From NCBI RefSeq assembly GCF_009834535.1, contig NC_045696.1:34350001-34414000 (forward strand): a stretch of DNA of 64,000 nucleotides. The letters run 5' to 3'. Made by a program: the position numbers and the translations under genes. The notes under the pieces were generated by a model. It did no database searches, was not told the DNA's origin, and was given only the letters and a program-made list of their open reading frames with translations. Origin of the DNA: Camelus ferus (lineage: Eukaryota). Every line of letters starts with the position of its first letter. Positions within the stretch are counted from its first letter, which is position 1. Shown here piece by piece: positions 13,380 through 27,130 of the stretch.

Positions 13380-14337
13380 TAATACATAATGCACCATTAT
13401 ACACAAATAGTCAATTAAAGAACATCTTTGCTAGTGATAGTGTTTTTATGAATGGTTATAAACAGGTTTTGGAAAGTAATAAAACACTGACACTCAATGA
13501 GAAAATCAGGCAGTGGTCCTTACCAGCCTCCTTGCAAAATTCCTACAGAGAATGAATGGTAGCATTTTAGCTAGCAAAACATTATTTACAAGTCCCTGAA
13601 ACTGTACCAGTTGAGAATGCTACACTTGTTGAATTGCTCAGAGCTCTGGCCTTTTATTATTGTTCTGTATATGAACTAAGCAATGCTCTTGGCATCCTGC
13701 AAACTGCTAAATTTTACAAATGAGATGCACAGCTGGAATGTGATTTGACTTCTTCTTCTGGCAATCTTTCAGATGCCTTTACTCCAACTGACATAAAGGA
13801 AGTTTAAATTTAAAAAGTTAAAGACAAGTGGTAAGATTACTGAGGTGTTTTAAATATATGTCAACATTTTCACCATATATTGATTGGTTTATCAGATGCC
13901 GCCTTGGTACTACTGTTCCTCTCGCTGATGAAGCCATGCCATATAAAGTGCAGCTCTGTCAAATTTAGGAGAGTTAGTAGAAAGATATTCTTTGTCTGAA
14001 ATGGAATTGACAAATGCAAATTCTGTGGAAACTATCTGATAACCTTCAGAAGTGTCACTGTACTTTTGTAGGATCTCAAAGAGGCACCATTATCAGGAAG
14101 GAAAACAAGAGTTCTTGTGATTTATTCTTGGTTGCTCTAAAGAATTATACAAATGCAGTGTAATTCTGGGAATTCTGCACATATTTATTTGCTTCATGTT
14201 TGAAGAGCTCTCAATCAGAAAATCTGTAAATATGTAAATATATTTAGTATAGCTGTACTAAATATATAACGCAGAAATCTTCAGATTTTTTTTCCAGTAT
14301 TGACAATATTGATGCCAGTTGTCAGGGAGACCGAGTT

Positions 14338-15427
14338 TGTGATAGGAACTTTAAAAATAATCTATGTACAAGGCTGGTGGAAGGGTGACAGTGAAGAGTC
14401 AAACCCACTGTTTAGCACAGCAAGGTTGCATATTTCCTACGTGTCAAGGGAAAATCTAGATGATACTTGTATTCGAACCATCCTGCCAGTTCCCCACCAC
14501 GAAGACTGTTCATGGAGTATGGCAGCTCCAGGAGCAAGACAATCTGGGGAGCAAGAGGAAAGGTGGGAGACGATGGCTGAGACCTAAATGTGGTCCAGGC
14601 CTCCACTTGATCCACAGGATACGAGCAACCCTGTCGTGCCAAAGAGTGGGCTTGTAGGTTCTTCCGCCGCATACCTCTTTCAGCTCCCACCCCCATTCCC
14701 TACCCTCCTATCCCTACCGCTCTCTAGCTATGAAGTCCCCTGTTTATGTATCTCACAGACATATCATCTAAAGACTAAACTTATATCCAGTGGGAAAGAA
14801 GCCTAGATAAGGAGGCATTTACTCTCAGGGCTGTGCAAGTACCTCCTCAAATTTTGCACGCTAGGAACCTCACTTACCTCACCCTAGACCCAGGTGTGAG
14901 GGGAGAGTATAAAGAGGTGTTTGTTAGTTCAGGATTCTATAACAAAATACTATGGGCTGGGTGTGAGACATTTATTTCTCACAAGTCTGGAGGCTGGGAA
15001 GTCAAAAGTGCTGACAGATTCGATTTCTGGTGAGAGCCACGTCTTGGTCCATCAGTGGGCTTCTAGTTGTGTCCTCACAGAGCAGAAGGGAGGAGGGATC
15101 TCTTTGGGACCTCTTTTATAAAGGCATTGATCCCATTCATGAGGGTGGAACCTCCCCAAGCCCCACCCCCACCAAAGCTCCACCTCCAGATACCATCATA
15201 CTGGGGGTTAGGTTTCAACATAGTGAATTTTGAGAGGACATAAACATTCACTCTGTAGTGCAGGGTAACTTTGGGATCTCTGTAAGTTCTGTAGGAATTT
15301 GTCTAGCCTCGAAGCTAGACCCCTTTGATAAATCTATAAACTTACTATGTGGTTCTTGTTGCCTTCTGTCTTCAGCTTTGGCCTGAAATTCCAAGATACA
15401 GGGAAAAAACTTTAACGTCCTGTTACA
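14338..15427 (+). mobile_element. Possible ancient solo LTR (family uncertain, perhaps Gypsy-like/ERVL) interrupted by MLT1A
   Basis: TG...CA ends with short inverted repeat tgtgatagga / tcctgttaca, TATA-like gtataaag near 14907, GC-richer than flanks; no TSD seen. Confidence 0.35.
14918..15260 (-). mobile_element. MaLR solo LTR, MLT1A-like
   Basis: 'atttatttctcacaagtctggaggctgggaagtc', 'cccattcatgagggtgga', 'ggttaggtttcaacatagtgaattttg...aacattca'. Confidence 0.9.
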
Positions 15428-15444
15428 TTAGAACAACAGAGAGA

Positions 15445-15720
15445 GTTTTCTTCCAGTTTTTCACTGTTATAAACAATTCGATGAATTGTCTCATGTGCGT
15501 ACTATTTTACTTTATTTAAATTATTTCTGCATGATAAATAGCCAGCAGTAGGATTACTAGTCAAGGGATATGAACGTTTCAGGGGTATGTTGCTTCTGCC
15601 AAGTTTCTTTTTTAAAGAATTTTACCAGTTGTCACTGTTAATTTGTATGATTGTATTTATTTTCTCATAACCTGACCCACATATAAGTATTTTAATTGCT
15701 AATCCTGTTGGCATAAGATA
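15445..15720 (-). mobile_element. Old L1 (L1ME-like) 3' fragment
   Basis: 'ttccagtttttcactgttataaacaat...gtaggattactagtcaagggatatgaac'. Confidence 0.6.
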
Positions 15721-17897
15721 ATAAGATTTTTTTCTTCACTCTTGAATATTTTTATGTATTTATGTCAGTTGTTTTATCTTTGGAATTATTTTAATAGGGC
15801 AGTTTTATTTTTCATCTAGTTTTTGAGTTTTAGCCTTCTAAATTGATGGAAGAATGCTAAGAGAACTTTAACAAATTACCTCTTGTTAATTTAGACTCCC
15901 TATTATTAATTCTTCACTTGCCATTTTTTTCTTTGACATCATCATTGTAATGCTACTCCTTTTCAAAATATCTTATGCTTTGTTTTCCACATTTATATTC
16001 ATGCTGAGATTTGGTAAGTTACATAAAGAAATAAAATTGGGAAATATGAATTACTTTATTAATAAAAAACCTGTATAGTTGACTAGTATCTCCATCATGC
16101 CAACATATCAGATATAGTTTTGGTGTGTATAAGATAATAAAAGAATATTAACTAATATGAAGCAAAATGTTTTAATATTTTATAAATTCCCCAAAATGAG
16201 ATTCAATATTAATCAATATTTCAATGGAAATCTATGCTTACTGTTGACAAATTACAGATTTTAGTACAATGAGGAAAAAATTAAACATTGAATGTGAACA
16301 ATTTAACTCTTAAACATATTAACTCTGTTTTCAAGGATATTGCACTGACACATAGTTGTAATTTTTAATTTTAATATTTTGCTTTTTTACATTTTTATAT
16401 GCTTGTTTAAATTTCTTTTTTAAGCAGTACAAATACTTGAACTCAACTTTGAAAAGTAGTAATAATGAGCAAGTCTAAATCCTAAAATCTGGTAGACAAA
16501 TGTAAAAGAAATAGGCATGAGTAAAGATCTCAGTAACACTAGTTTCCTAGAATTATGAACCATTTTAACATGATTTATGCTCATATACAGAGAATGGGAT
16601 GTGCTGCATACTTCCATCCCCAAGATGCTGAGAAATATGCAATGGGATGGTTACATGTCATCAAAGGCACAATTAGATATTTGGAAATATACTAATGTGT
16701 TGTTTTAGAATCATTACTGAATGGTATTTCATAAAATGAGTGATCATATTTTTATATTATTTAAATTCAGAAGATAAATTATAGGTAATAAATTTGAGGG
16801 TTAAAACTGGTACACTTGGTTAAAATCAATCTCATAAATGTGTTACTGTTCATATTACTAGTTTTCTGTCTTAAAGGGAAAGGAATAAGCCTAAAATTAG
16901 GTGGCTAAGATTTGCAGATTTAACCCCAGCAGTAGTAGTTATTACCCTAATTATGTTTTATGAAGTTTTGCATGACCATTTGAATATTAACAGGTAAATC
17001 AAATTTTAATTGTATCTCAAATGATACTAAATATGACTAAATAAAATGTCAGTGTTAGCACCCCTAAACATGTCAAATAATCCAATTATTTTTCAAATGA
17101 AGGTAATGTCCATTGATTTCCTAACTAACTGGTTTAGACAAGTAATAATAGAATTGTCAATGAGTAGACCAATCACTTGGTATTATTTGGCATTTCATAC
17201 CAATAGTACTTTAGTCAACATTTTATTCTCCCCTAAAGATACTAAACAATGAATGGTATATGTTTTGGGTGCACAGAGATTGTTTAGATTAAATTCTATG
17301 AAAAACATTATTTGTATTTTAGGTCCATATGTTTTCTGCATTGTGTTATTTTCTTGAAAGCCAATGTAAAGAATTACAGGAACTCATAGTAAATTACATT
17401 TATATAACCTTCATATTTTTCAGTGTTTTTCCAAGTATATTGTCTCTTTTGATCCTCTTATGAACTCTGTGAACTGGGAAAGACCAATGTTATGAGTTCC
17501 TTTTTTTTTTTCATGAAAAATTGAACCCAGCCTACGTAGAATCCTATGGTATTCCACCCTTAATTCCACAAAGTATGGAATGTAGTATGACATTTGCTTA
17601 TTCTGTATTAAAATGTTAGCAGCTTGACCTCCCACATCTGCTAGAAATAATCTTCTCATAATCCTCAAATCCTAAATTATTCATGATTGCTTTTCAGTTA
17701 TTGGTAATGCTAGTCCTGCTCCCCTGTGTAGAGTAGATAATGTCATGAGGAGCAGGTCAATGAAACCACTGTCCCAAGTGTAGCATTTAAATTTACTTCC
17801 AGTCCTCTAATTGATTCTCTAATCAGATGTCTAGTAGATACTGATAAATGTTAGTTACAAAAAGAGCTTGCTAAATATCTTCATTCAGGATGCATTT

Positions 17898-17967
17898 CAT
17901 AATGCACTTATAGTTTATCTATGCACACACACATAATGCAGTTATTATAGTTTATCTATACACACAC
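17898..17967. repeat. Imperfect 2-copy tandem duplication (~35 bp) ending in (CA)n
   Basis: cataatgcacttatagtttatctatgcacacaca then cataatgcagttattatagtttatctatacacacac. Confidence 0.9.
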
Positions 17968-18969
17968 GTACATACACACAAGCCTTTTTATTTTCTTTGA
18001 TTTGTAAACCTGATGTTTCACTTTAAAAAGTGGCTGTTGGTAGGGAAGGGGAAGGTGGTACTATGGTTGTATCAGTACATCAGGGCCAGGGTTTATTGTC
18101 GCTGGAAAAATTTTGGAAGAATAAAGAGATATAGTTTGTTTCATTCTCTTTTTTTAAAAGAGGGACTAGGAAGAGAGGGTGAGATTAAACTGACTGTGAA
18201 CCTTTCACTAACTTCTCACAAGAGCAGGAGCATAAGGAGGCAGAGTGGTGATGAAAACCAATAATTGAATCTATCACAATATGGTGAGCATTCTCAGATT
18301 TAAATGATGAAGAAAAATAAGTTGAGAATTAGGGAGAAAATGGAAAAACAATGTGGTAAATCAGGGAACTAAAGCAGAAGTGACACCGTAGGGGATGAAA
18401 GTCAGTATGGGCACTGTTTCCAAGAAAGGCCACCAGCACTGATTAATTGGTTCACCAGTGGCCAGTAATGCTTAAAGGTGAAAGGAAGGACAGGCCCCAG
18501 GACCTGCAGGGAGAAGACAGGACAGACACGTAGAACTCTGGTAGGGGAGCATTTAAGGGAGTGAACATGAAGCAAGGACACAGTGAATTAAGAGAAGTAT
18601 TTCTAGAAAATGAAAAATAGACATAAAATATCATATCAGAAAGAAAACCTGCAGAATTTTAGCTTTAACAATCTTTATCATCATCATTTGAAAAATCCAG
18701 TTTTTCTTTTTTCTTGTTTGGAAAAATGATAATTATCCCTGATAGAGTAACAAATTGGTTTTAGCTCTTATCTCACAATGTTTCTGAGGTTATTTTAAGT
18801 AATAGTCAAAGTCAAATATTATTTTAATCACAGCCACTATTTACTGCCTGGTGTGAAGGGACTGATCATAGCGTACCCATACAGTGCACAACCTGCACAA
18901 CTAACTTGCATGCCTCTGATTCTAAGTGTAAATAAGAAATCAAACTGTATAATAAATGATGATCTTGGA

Positions 18970-19160
18970 AAGGTGATGGATTAAGAGTTATAAGATCCCT
19001 GTTCAGGTCGTATATCTTCTAGCTCTCCTAGCTGGATGACATTATTCAAATTAGTCAACCTCTCTGAATGCCAGTAAGCTTACTAGCAAAACGGTGATAA
19101 TAATATTTACTTTCCAAACCTTACACAGTTATCTGAGTTAATCAAAGAATGTTTTATAAA
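18970..19160 (+). mobile_element. MIR fragment
   Basis: 'ctagctggatgacattattcaaattagtcaacctctctgaatgccag...gtgataataata'. Confidence 0.65.
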
Positions 19161-19609
19161 ATTTCAAGTTTTATAGAAATTATTTAAAAGATTAATGCAA
19201 CTATGATAATTGTGTTGCCACATATATGAATTTTAATATTTTTGAGGAGACAGCATGACATACTGTATTATGTAAGCTATGATACCACAACTAGAAGTAC
19301 CTGTTTAATAAAATAATTATTTTTTTGTTAAACGGAAAGCCAAAATGTTACCGTCTGTGAAAAAATATTTTTAAGTATATACTAATTTGTAATTCTGGAT
19401 TTAGAAATCCCAGTGATCCCCATTCCTTATCATATTTTTTGTAACAGATTTTTATTTTCCCAGTGCATTGAGTCTCAGTTATGATAGAGAATATCAAAAC
19501 AGTTCATGAGCTGTAGTGGGTTGCCAGTTTGAGTTAGAGAGAAGTGATGTAGTGATCAGAGGTGTTCTGATTCAAGGCTCTTTTGTCCACACACAGTCTA
19601 CCTTGCTGC

Positions 19610-19831
19610 TCATCCTTTTCAGGACTTCTAGATGTTGGAATACTCTAGGAGTCTCTTTTCAGCCCTTCTCCTTTCTTTATACACATACAAGTTGTTTCAG
19701 TTGTTCCCATGACTTAGAAAAATTTTACATACACGGTTTTCCACATTTATAGTCCCAGCCCTGAATTCCCCATGACCTCTAGACTTAGATCTCAGTGGCT
19801 CTGCCGCATCTTCCTTTGTAGGTCAGATCTA

Positions 19832-19869
<38 letters not shown>

Positions 19870-20357
19870 CCTCCGTCTACAAAGATGTCACATCTACTTA
19901 TTTGTACAGCTAATAAATATATCCCTAATCATCTTCTTAAAGTTCCATCTAAGTTCCTCCTCAGATTTTCCCTATATTTCTTATAGTACCATAAACCCCT
20001 GGTGGCTTAAGTCCAAAAATATGACTGTCGTTCTTGATCCTCTTTTTCCCTCTGAACCCAGTCGAATCCATCAGCAAGTCCTATTGGCTCTACTCTAATA
20101 TATACCCCTTATCATGCCCTATGAAACACTACATGGTTGGATCCCTGGCCGCTATTTAAAGCTCATCTATATAAAACAGGCCTTTTCATTTATCACTCTT
20201 CATAGCACAACCCCCTCCTGGATATTATGCTAATCTGTTGATCTGTTTATTTCTCTCTCTCCTATTAAGGAAGGACTTTTTCAGTTTTCTTCCCAGTTGC
20301 ATACCTATACTACTGCCTGACATTGTAGATGTTCAATACTGCTTGTGAAAGAATGAA
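19610..20357 (+). mobile_element. L2 fragment (RT region to 3' end, internally deleted) containing a (TC)16 repeat at 19834-19865
   Basis: 'atttatagtcccagccctga', 'aatccatcagcaagtcctattggctctac', tail 'gttcaatactgcttgtgaaagaatgaa'. Confidence 0.8.
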
Positions 20358-21174
20358 TTCACAGCCATAGCATGAATCCCTCAGTAGAAGTAGGCTTGGA
20401 ATTGTAAGAATCAGATTGACAAGCTGCACACAATCATCAGTGTGTTAGGTGTGCTTTCATAAACACGTTCTTTACTTGTGAAATACGTCCTTACATTCCT
20501 TTTGAATACAGAGAGCCAAAAATGTCATATTGATTCAAATAATTCTCCCTATTTTCAACTCAAGATAGTTCTACACAAATGAAGGCTCCCAAAAAACAAG
20601 ACAAGGAAATTTGTTTTTATTTTTGTTTGAACTGTCCACCTCTCCAATCATCTTTCCCTACATCCTGAATTTTTAAACTTAGGAACATATTTTGTCTTTC
20701 TTCCCATAGTCAAAAATGATGTTCAGACTTGAATATAGTGATCGTTAAGTATTATTATGCCAGGTCATTCCAAAGTGTGCAATAGCCAAAGCACATAAAA
20801 ATATGTCATGGTAATAAATCTGTTTTCTTGCTCATCATAATGTCTTATTTGCCCTAACAACTTTTCAGACCATAGCATAATAAATGAACTTTCTAGTATG
20901 ATTTGCGTATTGTCTCACCAGAAAAGGAGTGTCTGTTTCAGATCTTAATGTTCTATTTGATATACTTAAGTGATATTAAATAATAATCCTCAGAATTGTC
21001 CTGACCTGACTAATAATGAATTTTATAGTTCACTCTAGCGTTCATTAGCCTGGGCCTGCAATATATGAATTACGAGAAAAATATATGAAGTGTGCTGTTG
21101 TAAAATCCCTGGTTTCTCTCTCCTGGATTTATTTGAATAGTTACTAAAATATGTCTTATTGTTTTCAGGCCTAA

Positions 21175-21380
21175 TTTGATCTCCTAAACATGGAACTTGT
21201 ACCTCCTCCCATCTTCTGTGTGTTGATTGATTGGACCTTCTTTCATCCAGTCTCCCAAGCCAGAAGAGCCATTTCTTAATGCTCTGCTCCCCTTCGTTTC
21301 ATCTATCAAATAGGTCACCATATCCTCTCAGTTCTGCTTACAGAATATTTCTGGCATCTGTTCCCTTTTCTCTAGCACTG
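21175..21380 (+). mobile_element. L2 fragment
   Basis: 'catccagtctcccaagccagaa...ggtcaccatatcctctcagttctgctt'. Confidence 0.7.
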
Positions 21381-21599
21381 TGACTTTGAAAGGTTAACCT
21401 ATCCTAACCTCACAGAGGTGTATTGACCCAGCTTCTATTTGCACCACCCTCTCCCCATAAAACCAGAGAGGGATCAGCTCAGAATCGTGTCCCAGAAACT
21501 TCTCCCTGAAAGGCACTAGGATTTGGGAATGGTCAGGTCACCTTGGTACTATATACTCAATTGCAGAGAGGCTACCTGAGAGAGGAGATTCTACAAAAA

Positions 21600-21820
21600 G
21601 AGTGTGAGTTGTGATACCAGACAGGCAGGGATTCAGATCCTGTCTCTGGTTATACCAGTGGTATTGTCTTGGGTGAATTCACCACTCTGGAGCTTAGTTT
21701 AACCATATTTAACTTTGAGATAATAATTCATACTTCATAGGGTTGTTATGAAAATCTCAAAGATTATGTGTACTCAAAGACACTTCCTGACATGTGTTGG
21801 ATGCTCACCATGTGTTCGTT
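21600..21820 (+). mobile_element. MIR SINE
   Basis: 'gattcagatcctgtctctg...tacttcatagggttgttatgaaaat...gatgctca'. Confidence 0.8.
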
Positions 21821-22129
21821 CCCATCTTGCTTTCTCCTACCACTTTTAGGCACCATCATATGCTGCCCAAAACGCACTTGTAGAAATCCTGCATGCTTTC
21901 TCCACCCTCTCATACTGATATCTTTTGGGTAGGGAGGATTTCTTTATTCCTCTCACCTAGGATAAGGGAACCTGAATGAGACTCTGTTTTGTATCAGGGA
22001 ACCTGTTTCTTTTTATGCTTCTGCAAGTCCTCATTCTAGAATAGCTGGAAACTATTTCCTTCATGCTATTTTCTTATTTTAGTATGTATCAGTGATTCTC
22101 CCTGGGTCACAAGCAAAGCCATAGATGTC

Positions 22130-22520
22130 TTAGCCTCTGTACTCTATCCTTGCATATTTTTACAAACTCAGCTCTGACACATACTTCTTAATCACTTGGT
22201 GTCCTCATAAAGTTCATGGTCTTTTCACTCCTCTGTGCCATACATGACCAGTCTCTCCAATTAGGAAGCCTTTCTCTGGTTAGATGTCCAGTAAATGTCT
22301 AATATTCTCAGGTAGAATCCTCTGTAAAGTATTGTCAACCTTTGCCTCATCTCAGGGAGTCAGTTTTTCCCAGCTTAGTGTTTCCATTGCACGTTGATAT
22401 GTCTCTACAAACACGTGTCTTGTCATATTAGTACCATTTGTGTACTGTTTCTCTTATCCACTATCATGGAAACACGTTGAATGGATGACAGTACCACAGC
22501 ACCTAGAATATGCTTGACGG
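22130..22520 (+). mobile_element. Degraded L2 3' fragment
   Basis: 'ctcctctgtgcc...gtctctccaattaggaagcctttc', 'cagcacctagaatatgcttgac'. Confidence 0.5.
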
Positions 22521-25377
22521 TTCCTAGCTTATTAGTGGATCATGGAAGGTGTTGTTATCATTATTTCCAGTGCCCCTACCTATTTAAATAATTTCCTTTT
22601 CGTAGATTTTATTTGTCAAATTATGCTACTATTTTCTATTCTATATTTTAGACAAATATAATTTTTATGCAAGCACTATTTTCATATAACTGAACACCAG
22701 GATTTGAAAACCTAAATGAATACTCCAGTATGTGTGCATTTCATTTGCATGAAAATAACATTGTGCAATTGAGATTTCAAAGCTGAGAAATTTCAAAGCC
22801 CTGTTTTAAAAAAAAAAGTCCTTAGAAAAATTAATCATATTTTATTCAGTTTATTAAATAAATGAATTGGAAAGCAATGACGCGTAATTTCAACAGCTTT
22901 CAAAATAAACACTTAACCTTTTCCTCCCCAAATACTTTCATGTTGCAATTCGGTGCCAAAAAATACATCTCTATTATCGTAGCCCTGAGAAAAGCACCTT
23001 ACTTGGAAAAGGATGAAGAGGATATAGGAACAACTGGCATCCAGTTATTGTACCATATTTAGCTTCGGTACAACCAGTCCGTAAGAGATCTACACCCCTC
23101 TCTCCCAGGGTAACTTAATGAACTTCTCCGGTTTCCTTCACAGGCTCTTCATCACTGAATTATAAAGGTCAGAGGGAGGAGAGCATTTAAACATGTAGCC
23201 ATTAAAGCCTGCTCTTCGGTAGACCTAGGCCAGGAGGTCTGAAGGTTTCTATAGTGCCATCTGGGAATGGGAATGGGAGAGTGTAACAGTACCGTCCCTT
23301 CCCATATTGGTGATGTTTTATATTATTTACATTATTTTAAGATCCTTCTATAAATTCTGTCTCATCTCTTAAGAAATCCAGTAGGTTGTTATATGTCTCT
23401 ACAGTCTTCAGTTTGTGCATGAGAATTTTCAAAAACCCACTTTGTAAAATAACTGACGAAGTGGGGAGCTTGTACTCTCTGACATAACGTGAGCTGAGAA
23501 TGTTGTTCAAGTTCATTTAGTAAAGCATTAAAAATGTAAGTCTCATGCCTGGGGAAAGATAAGAATATTTTTAGGCTCTTTTCATTACTTTATAAGGGAA
23601 TTTTATAACAAATACAGTTTAAGTATTAATTATCTGTAACAATGGGGAATGGAAAATTGAAATCCACAGATAATCCAAAATTTTATTTTAAAAGAGCACA
23701 ATAAACCTTTATTCCCAGTGAGCTTCTTAACATTGCTTAGAGTTGAGAATTAATTTGTGTAGATTCTATCCTTTTCATTTGACACCTCACCCGTGGAGGA
23801 GCGGCTTGATCAGCAGTAAATTAGACACTAAGTAGAGAGTAAGGGAAATAGAGTGAAATCAGAAACCAAAGGACTTGAATCAACCACAAAATTCATATCT
23901 AACCCTTAAAAATTTAAAATGAAATAAATCTTCATTTTGGCTTTTATAATAGAATAGACTTTCTAAGAACTAAGTACAAAACACTTTGAGTGTGGATTTT
24001 CATTTGGAAATATGGCTTAATACTTTGATTCAGCTTTCCAGACCAAAAAGTGCAAGTAATTATTTCGTGCTTTATCAAATCCACTTCTTCCCAAGCAACA
24101 AAGCAAACAAACAACAACGAAAAAAATTACTCTTGTTTCCATTCTGGATTTTTCAAGTGCTTTTCAGTCAACAGAAAATCATTTGCAGGTGTGGTCCCAT
24201 TTCAAGGGTGGACAAGTAATGATTTTTATTTATTATGCAAAGTCAGCATGCAAAAAAAATTTTTTTTTAACATCAATAAGATCTGTCGTGGTGCTGTCTT
24301 TGGTTCTGCCTCTCCCGTTGAAGGGGCTTACCACCCAACCTACCAGTACACTGGAGCAAACACAGCAGCAACAGAGAGCTTCCTTTACAGCCTCACCAGC
24401 ACTTCCTTCTGCCTGTTACAAAACCTCAGCCTTGTCTCCAAATTCTGATTTTTTGGGGGTGATTTCATGAAAAAATTATCCACTAATTTCTAAAAAGATA
24501 CTCATTTTCATTCATTATTTTTTGAGGATAAGTAACATTCTATATTTGTATGTAACATGAAGAATCTGAAATTGTCAGATAAGCATATGATATATTGGAT
24601 GTGCCAAAAGAAATTGTCACCTTTCTTAATAAGTTAAAAATCTAAATCCTCCAAAGTTGGCAGGAGGGAGAAATCCTCCATTCTTGAGAAGGAGGATGTA
24701 CCCTTACTAATGTACTCCTTACAGTTTTTCTACAGGGATTTCCTGTTTCCTTAGGGATCTCTTGTTTACATGCCCACCTTCACCCTGGCTCGGGTGGGAC
24801 AGAGAAATGCTGCATCTAGGTTTGCACATTCGCCTTCTGTTCACCAAGCATGTAATTACCACTGTTTGTGGCTTCAAGTGAACTAGTCACTCATGCACGA
24901 CACACTGTTACTCCCATGGAGATAATATACAGGTCCACATTTAGAAAAAGAATCATTTATTTAAACTGTTTGTAAAAATAATGATAGGAGACCTCACTAT
25001 TTAATAATCAAAGGTGTATACAATTTGTAAATAGTTTAAAAAATTACTGATACCCTCAGTTAAAACCAATAATTAATATTGACAATAAGAGTATAAATAT
25101 GATCTCAATGAAATGACTACCCACTGTTCCTTGTTTAAAATTTTTAAACCCCAAATATCTTTAGTCCAATGTATACAGTTGTGTTCCCCTAATTTAAGCA
25201 AACTTGACCTTTAGTCTTATTTAGAAAATAAATTGAGTCCCATTATCAGATTTGAAAATGAATTTTTCGTTTTGAAAATAATTTGGCAGAGCTTAAAAAA
25301 CCAAATCCTCACTGGGCATTTACATTTTTAATGTAGACATAAGTTTCTGTAGCGTATTTGTTACTCTAGAATACAAT

Positions 25378-25480
25378 CCTAGGGGGTCTTTGAGCCCCTT
25401 GAAATTATGTACAAAAAATGTACGTGTCTTTATGTGTATCATTTTGGGGGAAAAGTTTAAACAGCTTTCCTTAGAACCAC
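25378..25480. mobile_element. MER103C-like hAT-Charlie fragment
   Basis: 'gggtctttgagccccttgaaattatgtacaaaa...attttgggggaaaagttt...cagctttc' matches recalled consensus. Confidence 0.6.
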
Positions 25481-26099
25481 AGCATAAAGTAAAATCCATT
25501 CATTATGTGTAAATTCACCTATATGTGTGGGTTTCCAGATAACAAAAAATACCCACATGTGTGGACTCAATGAAGAGTAGTATGAAAAATCTCAATGAGT
25601 CCATCAGCCTATGCACTTAGGTATATTTTCAGAACAACAGGAATATTCTTGGTCATAACATAAATGATATGTATTATAATAATAGAATTTTATTATTAGC
25701 TCATTTTATGCTCTGGTTTATCATCATAAAAATACTAATTTCTCATGATTTTTCTTGTTCACTTTATGGAAAAAATTCTCTTATTAAAAATATCTGGAAA
25801 TTAATGACAGCAAAATAGACTTTAAAAGATCTGTCTAATGTGTATTTAGTGACGTCTCACTGAATCTTGGTTACTTTAAAACACAGAAAAATACTTCGGA
25901 TAAAAAATGAGTGTGCAACTTCATGGACTTGCTCCAGATAATCTACGTTGTGTAAAGAAGTTTCGAGGTGAAAATTGCTTCCACTTAACAAAAATACCAT
26001 AGTTTATTTTTCTAATCAATGCTGAAGGCACAGGCATTGCTATCTTAAGTATAAATGAGTTTTAAATAAATATTACATATAAATAACTATTACATACAT

Positions 26100-26178
26100 T
26101 TCCATGAAAGAAGGGACTGTGTCCTATTCAGTGCAATATCCTCAGAGTCTGACATTTAATCAATAGTTGATGAATGAA
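26100..26178 (+). mobile_element. L2 3' tip
   Basis: 'ccatgaaagaagggactgtgtcctattca...agttgatgaatgaa'. Confidence 0.7.
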
Positions 26179-27009
26179 AATAGAGTCAATTAATCAAGCA
26201 ATATTTGCTGTAAATCCATAATTATCCTTCCAGTTCTTGAGAGTAGTAAGAGTAGTGTGTGACCTCAGTGTAGTCTAAAAAACTTTTTTTTAGGTGGTCT
26301 TATATATCTGAGAGGAATTTGCTAATCTGATGTATAAGCATTATGATACAGAAAAGTGATAACCTAATTGGGGTGAACAAAACATTTTGGCCTATAAAAT
26401 ACAAAAGAATGATAAAATATTAGTAACTAACTTTAATAGGGTCCTTGTACAGTAAATGGTATTAAGAAAAATTATTTAAGATGTGTAAACAAGGCAGAGG
26501 TGTGTGCTTTTAATTTCTAACAGGCCCACTCCAAATTACTTAATAATCTAGAGAATGTGCATTTTTAAAATCACTGTTTGCTGTTGATGAAAAGTCCAGA
26601 CTTAGTGAAGTCACCTGTTAACTTGTAAATTTTTTTTCTAATACAGATAGAAATAATTTCTATCCACAAGAAAAGTAAACCCAACTGTTATGGCCTGTGA
26701 TCCCATAATCATTGTGATCCCATAAATATTAATCAGTTTTGTATCTTACCTAGGAATCTTGTAAAATATTTCAGGATGCCTACAAATACCCAGATCCTCA
26801 GAATGCTCTGAATTAGCCTTGCCATCTGTTTCGTTTATTCATTAATTGAGTTGAATAAAATATTTGACGCATGTGGATTTTATATTTGTATAGGAGTCAT
26901 ATTGTTAACTTTTGAAAATTATACTTCAACAGTAGATTATTGTTACTGTCACAACTACAAAAGAAGATACTAAAATCATCCCCATGGACTATTATTATTA
27001 CTGATAGTA

Positions 27010-27130
27010 TGGTAGGTCCTACTGTCATCCGTAAGGAAACTGAGAATTAGGGAGGTTAAGTGACTTGTCTAAAATCACACAGGTGGTAAGGATTACAAAT
27101 TCTCTAATATTACAAGGCTGTGCGTTTAAC
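27010..27130 (-). mobile_element. MIR fragment
   Basis: 'aggaaactgagaattagggaggttaagtgacttgtctaaaatcacacagg'. Confidence 0.8.

Noticed and set aside
24050..24470. Overlapping 132-aa and 95-aa ORFs in unique DNA
   Set aside because: Non-ATG starts, no recognisable protein, no convincing splice-site pair
26696..26725. 13-bp direct repeat tgtgatcccataa with a 4-nt spacer
   Set aside because: Ordinary micro-duplication; two copies only, not an array
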